Below are positions 1 to 9,884 of a DNA stretch of 64,000 bases, in pieces. The notes under the pieces are model-generated. The model had not been told where the DNA came from. It saw only the letters and a program-made list of their open reading frames with translations, and ran no database searches. Made by a program: the position numbers and the translations under genes. The stretch is from assembly GCA_045617665.1 (NCBI GenBank), contig JAZLIZ010000053.1, positions 2,844 through 66,843 of the forward strand. The letters are read 5' to 3'. The stretch is from Acutalibacteraceae bacterium. GTDB lineage: Bacteria; Bacillota; Clostridia; Oscillospirales; Acutalibacteraceae. Positions within the stretch are counted from its first letter, which is position 1. Every line of letters starts with the position of its first letter.

Positions 1-257
1 GCTTTATCCTGACCGATAACATACTCATCAAGCTTAGCCTTGATTTCGTTCGGCTTCGGCAGTTCATCAAAACTCATTGTGCTGTGGGAACGGCTTTCAC
101 CGTAGCCCCTGTCACCCTCGATAATATCAAGGCAAAGCTCAACACATTCGTTACAGATATATACACCGTTACCCTCAATCAGTTTCGCAACCTGATTCTG
201 CTTTTTGTGGCAGAATGAACAGGCGGGAATGCGTGAATGAATATCATCTCTTGCCAT
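1..257 (-). CDS. clpX: ATP-dependent Clp protease ATP-binding subunit ClpX, 5' part (runs off the window)
   Basis: Manual translation from ATG at 257: MARDDIHSRIPACSFCHKKQNQVAKLIEGNGVYICNECVELC, the C4 zinc finger of ClpX; lies directly after clpP. Confidence 0.93.
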   Translation of the reverse strand, partial: MARDDIHSRIPACSFCHKKQNQVAKLIEGNGVYICNECVELCLDIIEGDRGYGESRSHSTMSFDELPKPNEIKAKLDEYVIGQDK

Positions 258-271
258 AAAGTTTAATTCCT

Positions 272-853
272 TTATCTGTGTTCAATTACCTTATCAACAA
301 GGCCGTAGTTCATTGCTTCTTCGGCTGTAAGCCAATTATCTCTGTCCGTATCCTTTGCAATTTCTTCAAGTGATTTGCCGGTGTTTGCGGAAAGGATTGA
401 ATTAAGCTTATCCTTTGTTCTCTGCATATGTGCGGCGGCAATAGCCATATCGCTTGCCTGACCCTGCATACCGCCGAGAGGCTGATGAATCATAATCTCG
501 CTGTTGGGCAGAGCATATCTTTTGCCCTTTGCACCCGATGAAAGGAGAAATGCACCCATAGATGCCGCCATACCGATGCAGATGGTTGAAACATCGCACT
601 TGATATACTGCATTGTATCATAAATTGCCATTCCTGCGGTAACGGAGCCGCCGGGGCTGTTGATATAAAGGCTGATGTCTTTATCGGGGTCCTGGCTTTC
701 AAGGTAGAGAAGCTGTGCAACAACGAGTGAAGCGGTTGCATCGTTTACCTCGTCAGAAAGAACGATAATTCTGTCATTAAGAAGTCTTGAAAAAATGTCG
801 TATGAACGCTCACCGTGACCGGTCTGCTCAATAACATAAGGAACTAATGCCAT
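272..853 (-). CDS. clpP: ATP-dependent Clp protease proteolytic subunit
   Basis: [34 protein letters not shown] (catalytic Ser), IMIHQP; start placed at ATG 853 rather than the ORF-track start 898. Confidence 0.97.
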   Translation of the reverse strand: MALVPYVIEQTGHGERSYDIFSRLLNDRIIVLSDEVNDATASLVVAQLLYLESQDPDKDISLYINSPGGSVTAGMAIYDTMQYIKCDVSTICIGMAASMGAFLLSSGAKGKRYALPNSEIMIHQPLGGMQGQASDMAIAAAHMQRTKDKLNSILSANTGKSLEEIAKDTDRDNWLTAEEAMNYGLVDKVIEHR

Positions 854-947
854 AAGACTATACTCCTTTAACTTGTTTACAGTGGTCTTATTTGTCAATC
901 GGCAACCGGGAAGGCTGCCGATTGGTTTGTCTTTAATTCAGATTGGA

Positions 948-2456
948 TTATTCAGCCTTTGCTTCGTCAGCCTTGGGGGCAGTTTTTTTGGTTGCTGTCT
1001 TTTTTGCTGCGGGCTTCTTTTCGGCATCTGCCTTTTCGGCTGTTTTCTTGGTTGTTGTTTTCTTTGCTGCAGGCTTCTTTTCGGCTTCAGCCTTATCGTC
1101 AGCCTTTTCTTCTGCCTTCTTGGTTGCTGTCTTCTTTGCGGCAGGCTTCTTTGCGACTTTCTTTTCAGCCTTGGGAGCAACTGCAACTGCGGAGTCAAGA
1201 ACAAGCTTTACTGCGGCCTGGCTCTTAACCTGTGAAGCAACCATATCTGCGGGAACAAGCTCCTTGATTTTTTCAACATCAAGGTTATACATTTCAGCCA
1301 TCTTTGTGTACTCTGCTTCAACGGCATCGTCAGCGGCCTCAACCTTTTCAAGCTCAACAATCTTTTCAACAGCAAGGTCATATTTAACATCGTTAACTGC
1401 TCTTGCCTTCATTGTTTCCTTGAATGCGTCAAGGGTCATACCCATATAGCTGAGGTAGGTTTCAAGGTCGATGCCCTGCTGCTGAACCTGCTGTGAGAAG
1501 TTGTTAACATTCTCTTCAGCCTTTGCATCAAACATACACTGGGGAATTTCACCCTCAACATTTTCGCAAAGAGCGTTGATAACCGCATCCTCAAAGTTAT
1601 GCTGTGCTGACTCTTCTTTTCTTGCGATAAGGTCTTTCTTAATGCCTGCCTTGAGGTCGGCAACTGTTTCATAATCGCCCTGGTCCTTTGCAAATTCGTC
1701 ATCAAGCTCGGGCATTTCCTTAAATTTGATTTCATGAAGCTTGATTTTGAATGTGGCATCCTTGCCCTTAAGCTCTTCGGTATAGTCATCGGGGAACTTA
1801 ACATTGATGTCAAATTCGTCACCGATTTTGTGACCGATAATCTGGTCCTCAAAGCCGGGAATGAACTGACCGTCACCGAGTGTAAGATTATATTTTTCCG
1901 CTTTACCGCCCTCAAAAGCAACGCCGTCAACGAAGCCCTCAAAGTCAATAACAGTCATATCGCCTTTCTTTGCGGCTCTGTCATCAACATCAACAAGTCT
2001 TGAGCCTCTGTCAAGCATATACTTGATTTCGCCCTCAACCTCTTCATCTGTAACATCTGATGCGGCCTTTTCAGCCTCAATGCCTTTATACTGCTTAACG
2101 GTGATTTCGGGCTTAACGGTTACCTTGATTGTGAAGTTAAGACCCTCTGCAACTGACATTGTTTTAAGGTCAAAATCTCTGGGCTGGTCAACGGGATTGA
2201 TTTCAGCCTCCTTATAAGCTGCTTCAACCTCTGTGGGGAAGATTGCTTCAAGAGCATCCTCATAGAAGAAATTTTCGCCATAAAGCTTCTCAATCATCTG
2301 CTTGGGAGCTTTGCCCTTGCGGAAGCCGGGAATCTGAATGGACTTTCTGTTTTTCAGGTAAGCCTGCTGAACAGCGGCCTTGAAATCCTCTGCGGAAACA
2401 GCGATTTCAACGGTGTATTCATTGGTGCCTGTTTTGTTTGCTGATACTAAACTCAT
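948..2456 (-). CDS. tig: Trigger factor with Lys/Ala-rich C-terminal extension
   Basis: IPGFRKGKAP ribosome-binding motif, FKBP domain (IDFEGFVDGVAFEGGK, FIPGFEDQIIG); tig-clpP-clpX order. Confidence 0.97.
   Translation of the reverse strand: MSLVSANKTGTNEYTVEIAVSAEDFKAAVQQAYLKNRKSIQIPGFRKGKAPKQMIEKLYGENFFYEDALEAIFPTEVEAAYKEAEINPVDQPRDFDLKTMSVAEGLNFTIKVTVKPEITVKQYKGIEAEKAASDVTDEEVEGEIKYMLDRGSRLVDVDDRAAKKGDMTVIDFEGFVDGVAFEGGKAEKYNLTLGDGQFIPGFEDQIIGHKIGDEFDINVKFPDDYTEELKGKDATFKIKLHEIKFKEMPELDDEFAKDQGDYETVADLKAGIKKDLIARKEESAQHNFEDAVINALCENVEGEIPQCMFDAKAEENVNNFSQQVQQQGIDLETYLSYMGMTLDAFKETMKARAVNDVKYDLAVEKIVELEKVEAADDAVEAEYTKMAEMYNLDVEKIKELVPADMVASQVKSQAAVKLVLDSAVAVAPKAEKKVAKKPAAKKTATKKAEEKADDKAEAEKKPAAKKTTTKKTAEKADAEKKPAAKKTATKKTAPKADEAKAE
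960..1165 (-). repeat. Imperfect coding tandem repeat, KKPAAKKT(A/T)TKK x3, in the tig tail
   Basis: Three copies of KKPAAKK visible in both protein and DNA. Confidence 0.85.
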
Positions 2457-2621
2457 TTTAGTTTCCTCCGTATTCGGCAAATGGATACTTGCCGACAATT
2501 TTTAACTTTTTGATTATAACAGATACTTTCAAAAATTTCTACTGAAAACTGTAAATTTTTCTGTAAATAATAAAAATCAATATATGTAACAAAAAAGTGT
2601 GAATTTCGTGTAAATATTTGA

Positions 2622-3323
2622 TTATTTTCCCGATGATTCCGGCACAAGCATGGGGCAGAATTCAAGAAAATCGCCGGAAATGAGAGAAAAGGTTATGCCG
2701 TCTTTGTTTTTGCCCGTAACCGCAGTTGCATGGGCGTAGGAATGAAGATGACCGTAATAGCACCTTTTTATGCCCTCTTCAAGCAAAACGTTGTATATTT
2801 CTTCACACTGCCTGTCACGGCTGACAGGGGGGTAGTGCAGAAAAACGACAGGCTCAAGCCCTGTCTTTTTTGCTTCGGTTATGGACGCCCTCAATCTGCC
2901 TGCCTCACGGAGCACCACCTTTTTGTTTTCATCATCCTCCGCATCAAAAAACCAGCCTCTTGTTCCGCAGATTGCTATATTACCGCAGGTGTAGGCGTTA
3001 TTATGGAGAATGTTCAGGGTTGTAAAACTGTTGTTTTTGAAGAAATCATCCGCCTTTTTCTTCGTCTGCCACCAATAATCGTGATTACCCTTGAGTATTA
3101 TTTTTCTGCCGGGCAGGGAATCAAGAAATTTGAAATCCTCATAGCCCTCATCCATATTCATACACCATGAAATATCGCCCGGTATTACAACCGTATCTTC
3201 ATCAGTGACCAGATGCCGCCAGTTCTTTTCAAGCCTTTCCTCATAGTCGGTCCAGCCGTTAAAAATATTCATTGTTTTGCCTGTTGAAATGGATAAATGA
3301 GTATCCGCAATGGTGTAAAGCAC
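2622..3323 (-). CDS. Calcineurin-like metallophosphoesterase
   Basis: ADTH, PGDISW, KGNHDYWW and YGHLH motifs; GTG start with GGAGG RBS. Confidence 0.85.
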   Translation of the reverse strand: MLYTIADTHLSISTGKTMNIFNGWTDYEERLEKNWRHLVTDEDTVVIPGDISWCMNMDEGYEDFKFLDSLPGRKIILKGNHDYWWQTKKKADDFFKNNSFTTLNILHNNAYTCGNIAICGTRGWFFDAEDDENKKVVLREAGRLRASITEAKKTGLEPVVFLHYPPVSRDRQCEEIYNVLLEEGIKRCYYGHLHSYAHATAVTGKNKDGITFSLISGDFLEFCPMLVPESSGK

Positions 3324-3437
3324 AGGCTGAACCTCCTTTTTTCAGTGTTGACCCTGCTATAATAACATTTATTACTAAAAGTTTCAAGGTCGGTCAGTAC
3401 AATTTGGGAATCAAACGATTTAGCACTGATTTATGCC

Positions 3438-3480
3438 GTCTTTAAGGAATCTTTCTTGTGTCTTTAAGGAATCTTTCTTG
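3438..3480. repeat. Perfect 21-bp direct repeat with 22-bp period (GTCTTTAAGGAATCTTTCTTG x2), a likely regulator binding site
   Basis: Copies at 3438-3458 and 3460-3480; the second overlaps a TTGACT -35-like hexamer upstream of the gene at 3534. Confidence 0.85.
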
Positions 3481-3533
3481 ACTTTTTTTCAAAAAAGTGG
3501 CATATTATAATCAGCGGAAAGGGGAGTGATTTT

Positions 3534-4037
3534 ATGAAGAAAGCAGTTGCTTTTCTTTTAGTTCTTGCCTGTATGGCTGCAATGTCTTCCTGCGGCTTCA
3601 GTAAAAAAATATATTTTTCCGAAGAAAAGTACAGTGAAAACTTATCAAGGGATGTTTCCGAATACGAAGCGGAGCAATCAAAGCTTGCCGAGAAAAAAGA
3701 AAAGGCGATTTCAGAGGTTGCCGAAAAGGTCGGAAAGAGCGTTAAGAATAAAACCTTCTGCTACAAGCTTACCTACCCCACCTATATAGAGTATTCTGTT
3801 GTAACCTTCAAAAGCGGTAAGGCAAAGAGCAAGGATATTTACAGATTCTTTGAATCCCCCTCAAGATATGAAAGACAGCTCGGCAGGGGTGACAGCGGAA
3901 CTGAAAAGCTTGTAGGTCATGATGACGATGTTCAGATGCTCAGATATAAAGAAACAGAGTTCCCCGACTGGGATTGGGATTATTATGTTGAAAAATACGA
4001 AGACCGTTCCGAGGAGCTTTGCTCAATATTAAGGTAA
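3534..4037 (+). CDS. Hypothetical lipoprotein
   Basis: Signal peptide with lipobox-like AMSSC; GGGGAG RBS. Confidence 0.7.
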   Translation: MKKAVAFLLVLACMAAMSSCGFSKKIYFSEEKYSENLSRDVSEYEAEQSKLAEKKEKAISEVAEKVGKSVKNKTFCYKLTYPTYIEYSVVTFKSGKAKSKDIYRFFESPSRYERQLGRGDSGTEKLVGHDDDVQMLRYKETEFPDWDWDYYVEKYEDRSEELCSILR

Positions 4038-4284
4038 AAGAGAAGAACTGCCGTTCCCTCTGCAAAGGGCTGAAATTTGATAACACTGTAGCCGAGAGCG
4101 GTGGTAAGCGAAAGAATAAAGATAAGACCTGCACAGAACAAATCCGCCGCCACCGTATTGACCTGCTATCCACGGAAATTTCCGGACATTTTCGCAGCCT
4201 ATCGCACACAGCCGGCACTTAAAGAATAAATCCGGGGCGGCTGCCGAGCCGTTCTCTCCGGTTTTCCGTTTTCAATTCATCCGT

Positions 4285-5217
4285 TTATTTTGCTTTTTCG
4301 CTGATAAAATCAAGTGTTACATTGCATAATTCATCGGCTCTGTTTTCAATGCACTGATGACCGCCGCCACTGACAAGGTGTGCTGTTGCATCGGGAAAGG
4401 CATTGTTGACAGCCGATTTTTGTTTACCGTTAAGGATAATATCCTTTTCCGCCTGACAGAGAAGCACGGGGCAGGTGATTTCGCTTGCTTTTTCCATATC
4501 CGTGGGCAAAACATTATACATCATTTCGCAAAGTCCTGCACCGAAGCCGTCATACTGAACGGCGTTTGTCACACCGCTTACATCGTAATTCATTGCAAAT
4601 TGCCGGTCAAAGGTTGCGGCGTAAATAACGAGCTTTACAAGAGGCTTGCACCTCGTTCCGACATTAAAGAAAAAGGTCATAAATCTTTCCACAGGCTTTG
4701 ATGTGCATATTTTTTCCGCAAACGGCGGAAATTCCTCCTGCGGGCAGGGGCAGTAGAGCATAAGTGCTTTAACGGGGATTCTTTCGGCAATGTTGATTGC
4801 GATTCCGCCGCCCATTGAGTGACCTGCCACAATCCATTCCTCCGCAGGGGCAATGCTTTCCATAAGAGAAATGATAAGCTCTTCACGGGGGATAATCTTC
4901 ATGTTCTTTGTTTCTCTTGTGCTGTAACCGAAGTTCGGCACATCCACCATAACACATTCGTAGCCGCTTTCACAAAGAATATCAGCCATATTTCTCCAGG
5001 CGTATGTGGAACAGAGAAAGCCGTGAATCATAAGTATTCTGCCCTGCATTTCACCCTTTGCAGGCTGAACACGGTAATGCAAAGCATAATCACCGGCTGT
5101 GTAATAACTGCTGTTTTCGTATGGCTTAAAATCCTTTGCGGCAAAGCCCTGAACGGAAAGAGAAAAAATCAGCACAAGGCTCAGAAGAATTGCTGAAAAT
5201 TTTTTAACCGACATCAT
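4285..5217 (-). CDS. Secreted alpha/beta hydrolase
   Basis: Signal peptide, IHGF oxyanion motif, GHSMGG nucleophile elbow, C-terminal GGGH. Confidence 0.85.
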   Translation of the reverse strand: MMSVKKFSAILLSLVLIFSLSVQGFAAKDFKPYENSSYYTAGDYALHYRVQPAKGEMQGRILMIHGFLCSTYAWRNMADILCESGYECVMVDVPNFGYSTRETKNMKIIPREELIISLMESIAPAEEWIVAGHSMGGGIAINIAERIPVKALMLYCPCPQEEFPPFAEKICTSKPVERFMTFFFNVGTRCKPLVKLVIYAATFDRQFAMNYDVSGVTNAVQYDGFGAGLCEMMYNVLPTDMEKASEITCPVLLCQAEKDIILNGKQKSAVNNAFPDATAHLVSGGGHQCIENRADELCNVTLDFISEKAK

Positions 5218-6428
5218 TTTTTGACACCGCCTAAAGCATTATCGTTACAAAGTGAAATAACATTTGTATCAAAGGTGTAGTTTATATCGTTTTCGTCACG
5301 GACTCTTTTAAGAGCAAGCTGAATCATTCTGTCAAGAAGCTTGTCATAGCTTATGCCGAGCGGCTCCCAGAGGTAGAATGAAAGCGAGCCGGGAATTGTG
5401 TTTATCTCGTTGACATATACCTTATCCTCCGCACCGTCAATCATAAAGTCGATTCTTGAAACACCGTTACAGCCGAGAGCCTTGAAGGCTCTGACAGCCA
5501 TTTCTCTGATTTCAGTTCTTCTTTCGGTGCTGATATCGGCAGGAATTTTTCTGGCAAGTGAAGCCATACCCTGTGAATCTGTTGAGCCGCCCTTACAGCC
5601 CTTTGCTCCCTTTGAGGAATTGCCGCCGACATATTTATCCTCATAGCTGAGGATATCGGTTGCATTGAGGGGTTCCTCACACTCCGAGGCCTCAGCCTCT
5701 TCAATATCGCCCGCAACGGAGCAGTTGATTTCTCTCAATGATGTGACCGCTCTTTCAACAAGAACCTTTGAAGCAAACGAAAATGCAACATCAAGTGCGT
5801 CTGAAAGCTCATCGTCGGTTTTTGCCTTTGTAATGCCGATGGAGGAGCCGAGGTTAATGGGCTTGACTATTACGGGGTAATCGCTCATTGCCTTGATTTT
5901 TGAAATTGCAGATTCGCTGTTTGAATCATAATCAAATTTATTTATAACAACGCAGTCAAGAACGGGTATTCCGGCATCCTTTAATGCAAGCTTCATAAGG
6001 TGTTTATCCATACCGAGTGCGGATGCGGTAACATCACAGCCCACAAAGGGAACACCGAGAGTTTTTATATAGCCCTGCAGACAGCCGTCCTCAACATTGG
6101 TGCCGTGAACAACGGGGAAAATAACATCAATAAGTGTCTTTTCTTTTCTGAACTTTTTAACAAAGGGGTGGTCGGTAAGGTAAACCCTGCCGTTATCGTT
6201 AATGAATGTTACCTTTCTGCTGCTTTTAAGAAGCTCCGGCACATTGTTATATGATGAAATCAGACCGATTTTTTCGCCTGTGTACATTTCGTTGCTCTTT
6301 GTCATATACACGGGGATGATTTCATATTTATCTTTATTGAGATTGTTAATTGCCTGAATAGCGGAAATAATTGATATTTCATGCTCAACGCTTTTACCGC
6401 CGAACAGAACAGCAAGATTGATTTTCAT
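5214..6428 (-). CDS. ddl: D-alanine--D-alanine ligase
   Basis: FGGKSVEHEIS, VHGTNVEDG, KPINLGSSIGI, NEINTIPG; omega loop YEDKY. Confidence 0.95.
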   Translation of the reverse strand: MKINLAVLFGGKSVEHEISIISAIQAINNLNKDKYEIIPVYMTKSNEMYTGEKIGLISSYNNVPELLKSSRKVTFINDNGRVYLTDHPFVKKFRKEKTLIDVIFPVVHGTNVEDGCLQGYIKTLGVPFVGCDVTASALGMDKHLMKLALKDAGIPVLDCVVINKFDYDSNSESAISKIKAMSDYPVIVKPINLGSSIGITKAKTDDELSDALDVAFSFASKVLVERAVTSLREINCSVAGDIEEAEASECEEPLNATDILSYEDKYVGGNSSKGAKGCKGGSTDSQGMASLARKIPADISTERRTEIREMAVRAFKALGCNGVSRIDFMIDGAEDKVYVNEINTIPGSLSFYLWEPLGISYDKLLDRMIQLALKRVRDENDINYTFDTNVISLCNDNALGGVKK

Positions 6429-6443
6429 TTTCCTTTTCCTTTC

Positions 6444-8012
6444 TCAGAAATTATCGGGCAGGTCGTTTTCAAAAAGAATTGTTTTCTTTCTGCCGTCATT
6501 GTATGCAAAGGCATTGTCGGCACCCTCACGGAGGCTTTCCGCAATGTAAATCTTTTCTTTATCAAAGCCCTTTTCGATAAGTCCGTCATAAATCGGCTGT
6601 GTCTGCTTTTTGCCGACAAGAACAACATAATCGCAAACATCGGCAATATGCATACCGAACTTTTTGTTTTCTTCATACTGAACATCGCCGAGTTCAATCA
6701 TTCCGGGGGTGATGATTATTTTACAGCCCTCAAATAAGCCGAGAGCTTTAACCGCATAGGCAGAGCCGGTGGGATTTGAATTATAGGCATCGTCAATAAT
6801 CGTCATATCGCCCCGTTTCATAAGCTGAAGACGGTGCTCAACGCCTGTCAGCTTTCTGACATAAGGGGGAAGCTTTGCAAGGGGGATGCCCATTTCACAG
6901 GCAACCGCTATTGCACCGACAACATTTATGACATTGTGCTCGCCGATAAGGGAGGTCGTGAAATCAACGGTTTCATCACCGTGTGTAATCGAAAATGTTG
7001 TGCCCTTTGAGGAAACGGAAATGTTGTCGGCATAGTATTTGCATTTACTGTTTAAGCCGTATGTGATTGCGTTTTCGTTTTTATTGTATGAGGCGATGTT
7101 TTCATCCTCACCGTTTATGAAAAGCTTACCTCCGCAGGGCAGGGCATCCGCAAGCTCGAATTTTGCCTTTTTAACATTATCAAGGGTTTTGAAGGTTTCA
7201 AGGTGCTGTGGGCCAACCGAGGTGATTACGCCATGTGCAGGGGAAACAATATCGCAGATTTCCTTAATATCGCCGACCTGCTTTGCACCCATTTCACAGA
7301 TGAAAATATCGTGTGTTGCACGCAGATTTTCTCTTATTGTTCTTGTTACGCCCATCGGTGTGTTAAAGCTTGCCGGGGTGATGAGAACATTATATTTTGC
7401 ACCGAGCAGAGTGCCGAGCATATATTTTACACTCGTTTTACCGAAGCTGCCCGTTACACCGATAACGGTTAAATTGCTGTGGCTTTTAATAATCTTCTTT
7501 GCATCGTTTATATAGTGGTTATTGATTGCCTTTTCGACAGGTGCAATGATAAAACTGCATAACAGCAGGTAAAACGGCGTAATTGTAATCAGGAAGAAAA
7601 ATGCAAACGCCAAAATGCCGATATCCGTTGAAACCCTCATAAAAACAAATGCACAGGCAATGAATAACAAGGCGAAAAGCCCGAAATTCACGCCGAGAAA
7701 TCTTTTAACCCTTGCTGTGTAAACGAGGGGCTTTTTTGCTTTTTTCGGAATATTGAGAATTAAGCCTGCAACAAGCAAGGCACATTCTATGCAAACGGCT
7801 ACGATGAATTTGCTGCTTGATAAAAACGGAACAATCAAAGCCGCCGTAAGGGGGGCGGTTGTAATAAAATAAGGCTTTAATGCGGTTTTGAACCATCTCA
7901 TCTGCCTTTCCGGGCGGTATGAATTGAGCTGGAACATATGGGTATAATGCAATGTTCTCAAAACGAAAATTGCAATAATAAGCAGCAGCATCAGAATATA
8001 TACGACTGTCAT
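6444..8012 (-). CDS. murF: MurF-type Mur ligase with N-terminal transmembrane region
   Basis: GVTGSFGKTS P-loop, ASFNTPMG, DDAYNSNP, ITPGMIELG; adjacent to ddl; ~150 hydrophobic N-terminal residues. Confidence 0.88.
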   Translation of the reverse strand: MTVVYILMLLLIIAIFVLRTLHYTHMFQLNSYRPERQMRWFKTALKPYFITTAPLTAALIVPFLSSSKFIVAVCIECALLVAGLILNIPKKAKKPLVYTARVKRFLGVNFGLFALLFIACAFVFMRVSTDIGILAFAFFFLITITPFYLLLCSFIIAPVEKAINNHYINDAKKIIKSHSNLTVIGVTGSFGKTSVKYMLGTLLGAKYNVLITPASFNTPMGVTRTIRENLRATHDIFICEMGAKQVGDIKEICDIVSPAHGVITSVGPQHLETFKTLDNVKKAKFELADALPCGGKLFINGEDENIASYNKNENAITYGLNSKCKYYADNISVSSKGTTFSITHGDETVDFTTSLIGEHNVINVVGAIAVACEMGIPLAKLPPYVRKLTGVEHRLQLMKRGDMTIIDDAYNSNPTGSAYAVKALGLFEGCKIIITPGMIELGDVQYEENKKFGMHIADVCDYVVLVGKKQTQPIYDGLIEKGFDKEKIYIAESLREGADNAFAYNDGRKKTILFENDLPDNF

Positions 8013-8053
8013 TTTTATTTCTTCCTTTTAGAAAATTCGGTATCTGCCGGAAT

Positions 8054-8911
8054 TCATTTTTCGGTTAACGCCTTTTCGCAGAGTGTTGCCACACGGCAGG
8101 CACGGATGTAAGCCTGAGAAAGGTAGTCAACCGTACTCATTCTGCTGTAAAAATCATTTTCGTGGCGGTTGGGCTTTGAGGTTTTGCTCAGCTCAAAGGT
8201 CAGAGTATCGGTATATCCGCACTTTGCAAGCCTGTGCGCAAGCTCCTGCCAGTCACGGATTCCGTCAAAGGGGAGCAGATGCAAATCATCCGTCCAGTAA
8301 ATTCTGCCGTTATAATCGGAAATGCCGAGATTGTCGTTAATATGGGTCGAGAAAAGATATTTTCCGTAATCCTCAAGCAGATTTTTTGAATAGTTATAGC
8401 ACATCTCGTGGCCTGTATCCAGACAGAAGCCGCAGGTTTTTCCGCCACCGAAGTTGTCGAGAATTTCTCTTAAAAATTCTTCACCCTCCGTATTTTCAAA
8501 GGCGATTTTAACTCCGCACTTTTCCGCTTCTTTTATGATACCGTGGTATCTTTCAAGCCCTGCCGGGTTAGGCTTTAAGTCCGAATCAAAGCCGATGAAA
8601 GCATGAGAAACCATAATCGGAATTTCATTCTGCTCACAGGCGTGAATACAGGCAATAAGCTCATCATAAGCGATTTTGATTTTTTCTTCGTCACAGTCCC
8701 ACAGGTCATCCGTTTTGTTAAACGGAGCGTGAACGGACTGCACCTCAAGACCGCAGCTTTTTGCTTCCTTAACCCATTCGGTAAGGGGAGCATCCTTGCT
8801 CCACGGCGTAAATACGGCATCAAAGCCTGCTTCTTTTATAAGTTTAATCTGGTCTGTATACGGTACTCCGAACTCGGAGCCGAGACCGAGACACAATTTT
8901 CTTTTATACAT
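8054..8911 (-). CDS. Sugar phosphate isomerase/epimerase (TIM barrel, AP endonuclease 2 family)
   Basis: AFENT, CLDTGH, THINDN, HLLPFDG motifs. Confidence 0.8.
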   Translation of the reverse strand: MYKRKLCLGLGSEFGVPYTDQIKLIKEAGFDAVFTPWSKDAPLTEWVKEAKSCGLEVQSVHAPFNKTDDLWDCDEEKIKIAYDELIACIHACEQNEIPIMVSHAFIGFDSDLKPNPAGLERYHGIIKEAEKCGVKIAFENTEGEEFLREILDNFGGGKTCGFCLDTGHEMCYNYSKNLLEDYGKYLFSTHINDNLGISDYNGRIYWTDDLHLLPFDGIRDWQELAHRLAKCGYTDTLTFELSKTSKPNRHENDFYSRMSTVDYLSQAYIRACRVATLCEKALTEK

Positions 8912-9656
8912 TTTTAAGTACCTTCATAACCTCAAAGGGCTGGTCAATAAACGGGAAATGGCCTGCATCCTCTATGATGAAAAGCTCGGAGTCCGGAATA
9001 ATCGAGTGCATTTTTTCGCCGTCTGCAACGGGTGTTGCGGTATCGTTTCTGCCCCATATAAGCAATGCACCTGCCGGAATGAATTTTATCAGCTCCTCCA
9101 AATCCTCATTAACGCTTTTTACAAGAGTCTGCCTCATAACGGGGGAGGCGTTTGCATAATCCGCAGAGCCGTATTTTTTTTGCAGTTTTTCAACTGCACC
9201 GGGGCAAAGCACCGTCATAAGCTTTTTGCTGTAAAACTTTTTAAGCTTTTTATATTTTTCCTGCCTTGCCTTTGCTTCACCGCTTAATTCGTGCTTTAAG
9301 CCTGCGGCATCAATGAGTATAACCTTTTTTATGCTTAATTCTTTTCTTGCACAAAGCTTCAGAATGATTCTTCCGCCGTAGGAGTGACCGCAGACTGTGA
9401 AATCTTCAAGCCCGGTTTTGCTTGCAAATTCCGTAACAAAATCAGCGTAATCATCAACACTCCAGGGCTCACCGGGTTCGGGGGTTACGCCGAAGCCGGG
9501 CAGCTCAAGGGCGTAAATCTTATACCTTTCACTTAACGACTTGACAGGCATATTGTAAGCCGCCGTTACCGCACCCCAGCCCGGGAGCAAAAGTAAGGGC
9601 TCACCCCTGCCGTAAACCTGATATTCGGTTTTGATTCCTTTGACTTCAAGAATCAT
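8904..9656 (-). CDS. Alpha/beta hydrolase
   Basis: LLPGWG, LPGFG, GHSYGG, IWGRND, DAGHFPF. Confidence 0.88.
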   Translation of the reverse strand: MILEVKGIKTEYQVYGRGEPLLLLPGWGAVTAAYNMPVKSLSERYKIYALELPGFGVTPEPGEPWSVDDYADFVTEFASKTGLEDFTVCGHSYGGRIILKLCARKELSIKKVILIDAAGLKHELSGEAKARQEKYKKLKKFYSKKLMTVLCPGAVEKLQKKYGSADYANASPVMRQTLVKSVNEDLEELIKFIPAGALLIWGRNDTATPVADGEKMHSIIPDSELFIIEDAGHFPFIDQPFEVMKVLKNV

Positions 9657-9884
9657 AGTTTATTTCTCCGCCTTGACTGTTAAGATAGATTTTTGCCCTA
9701 ATCAGAATATAAAAACCCATTATCAGTTTATTATACACGATATTCGTATAAATACAAGATTTAATATTGATTTTATTTTGGTTATTTTCATTAATTTTCA
9801 TTAACACAGGATTGAATAACCGCCTTAATTGTGTTATCATTACAGTGAATATATGCTTTAATCAAGCAATTCGGAGGAAGATAA

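Noticed and set aside
873-1449. Long + strand ORFs opposite tig (873-1235, 943-1449, 959-1228) and the alternative frame 938-1204
   Set aside because: Shadows of the low-complexity tig tail.
3940-4280. Possible small ORF or ncRNA between the lipoprotein and the hydrolase
   Set aside because: One minus-strand frame looks hydrophobic but has no good start or RBS and overlaps the lipoprotein; no recognisable RNA motif.
5214-6428. Van-type D-Ala-D-Lac ligase / vancomycin resistance cluster (with VanZ at 41732)
   Set aside because: The omega loop has Tyr (YEDKY), there are no vanH/vanX/vanRS genes, and the VanZ-family gene is 35 kb away next to tgt.
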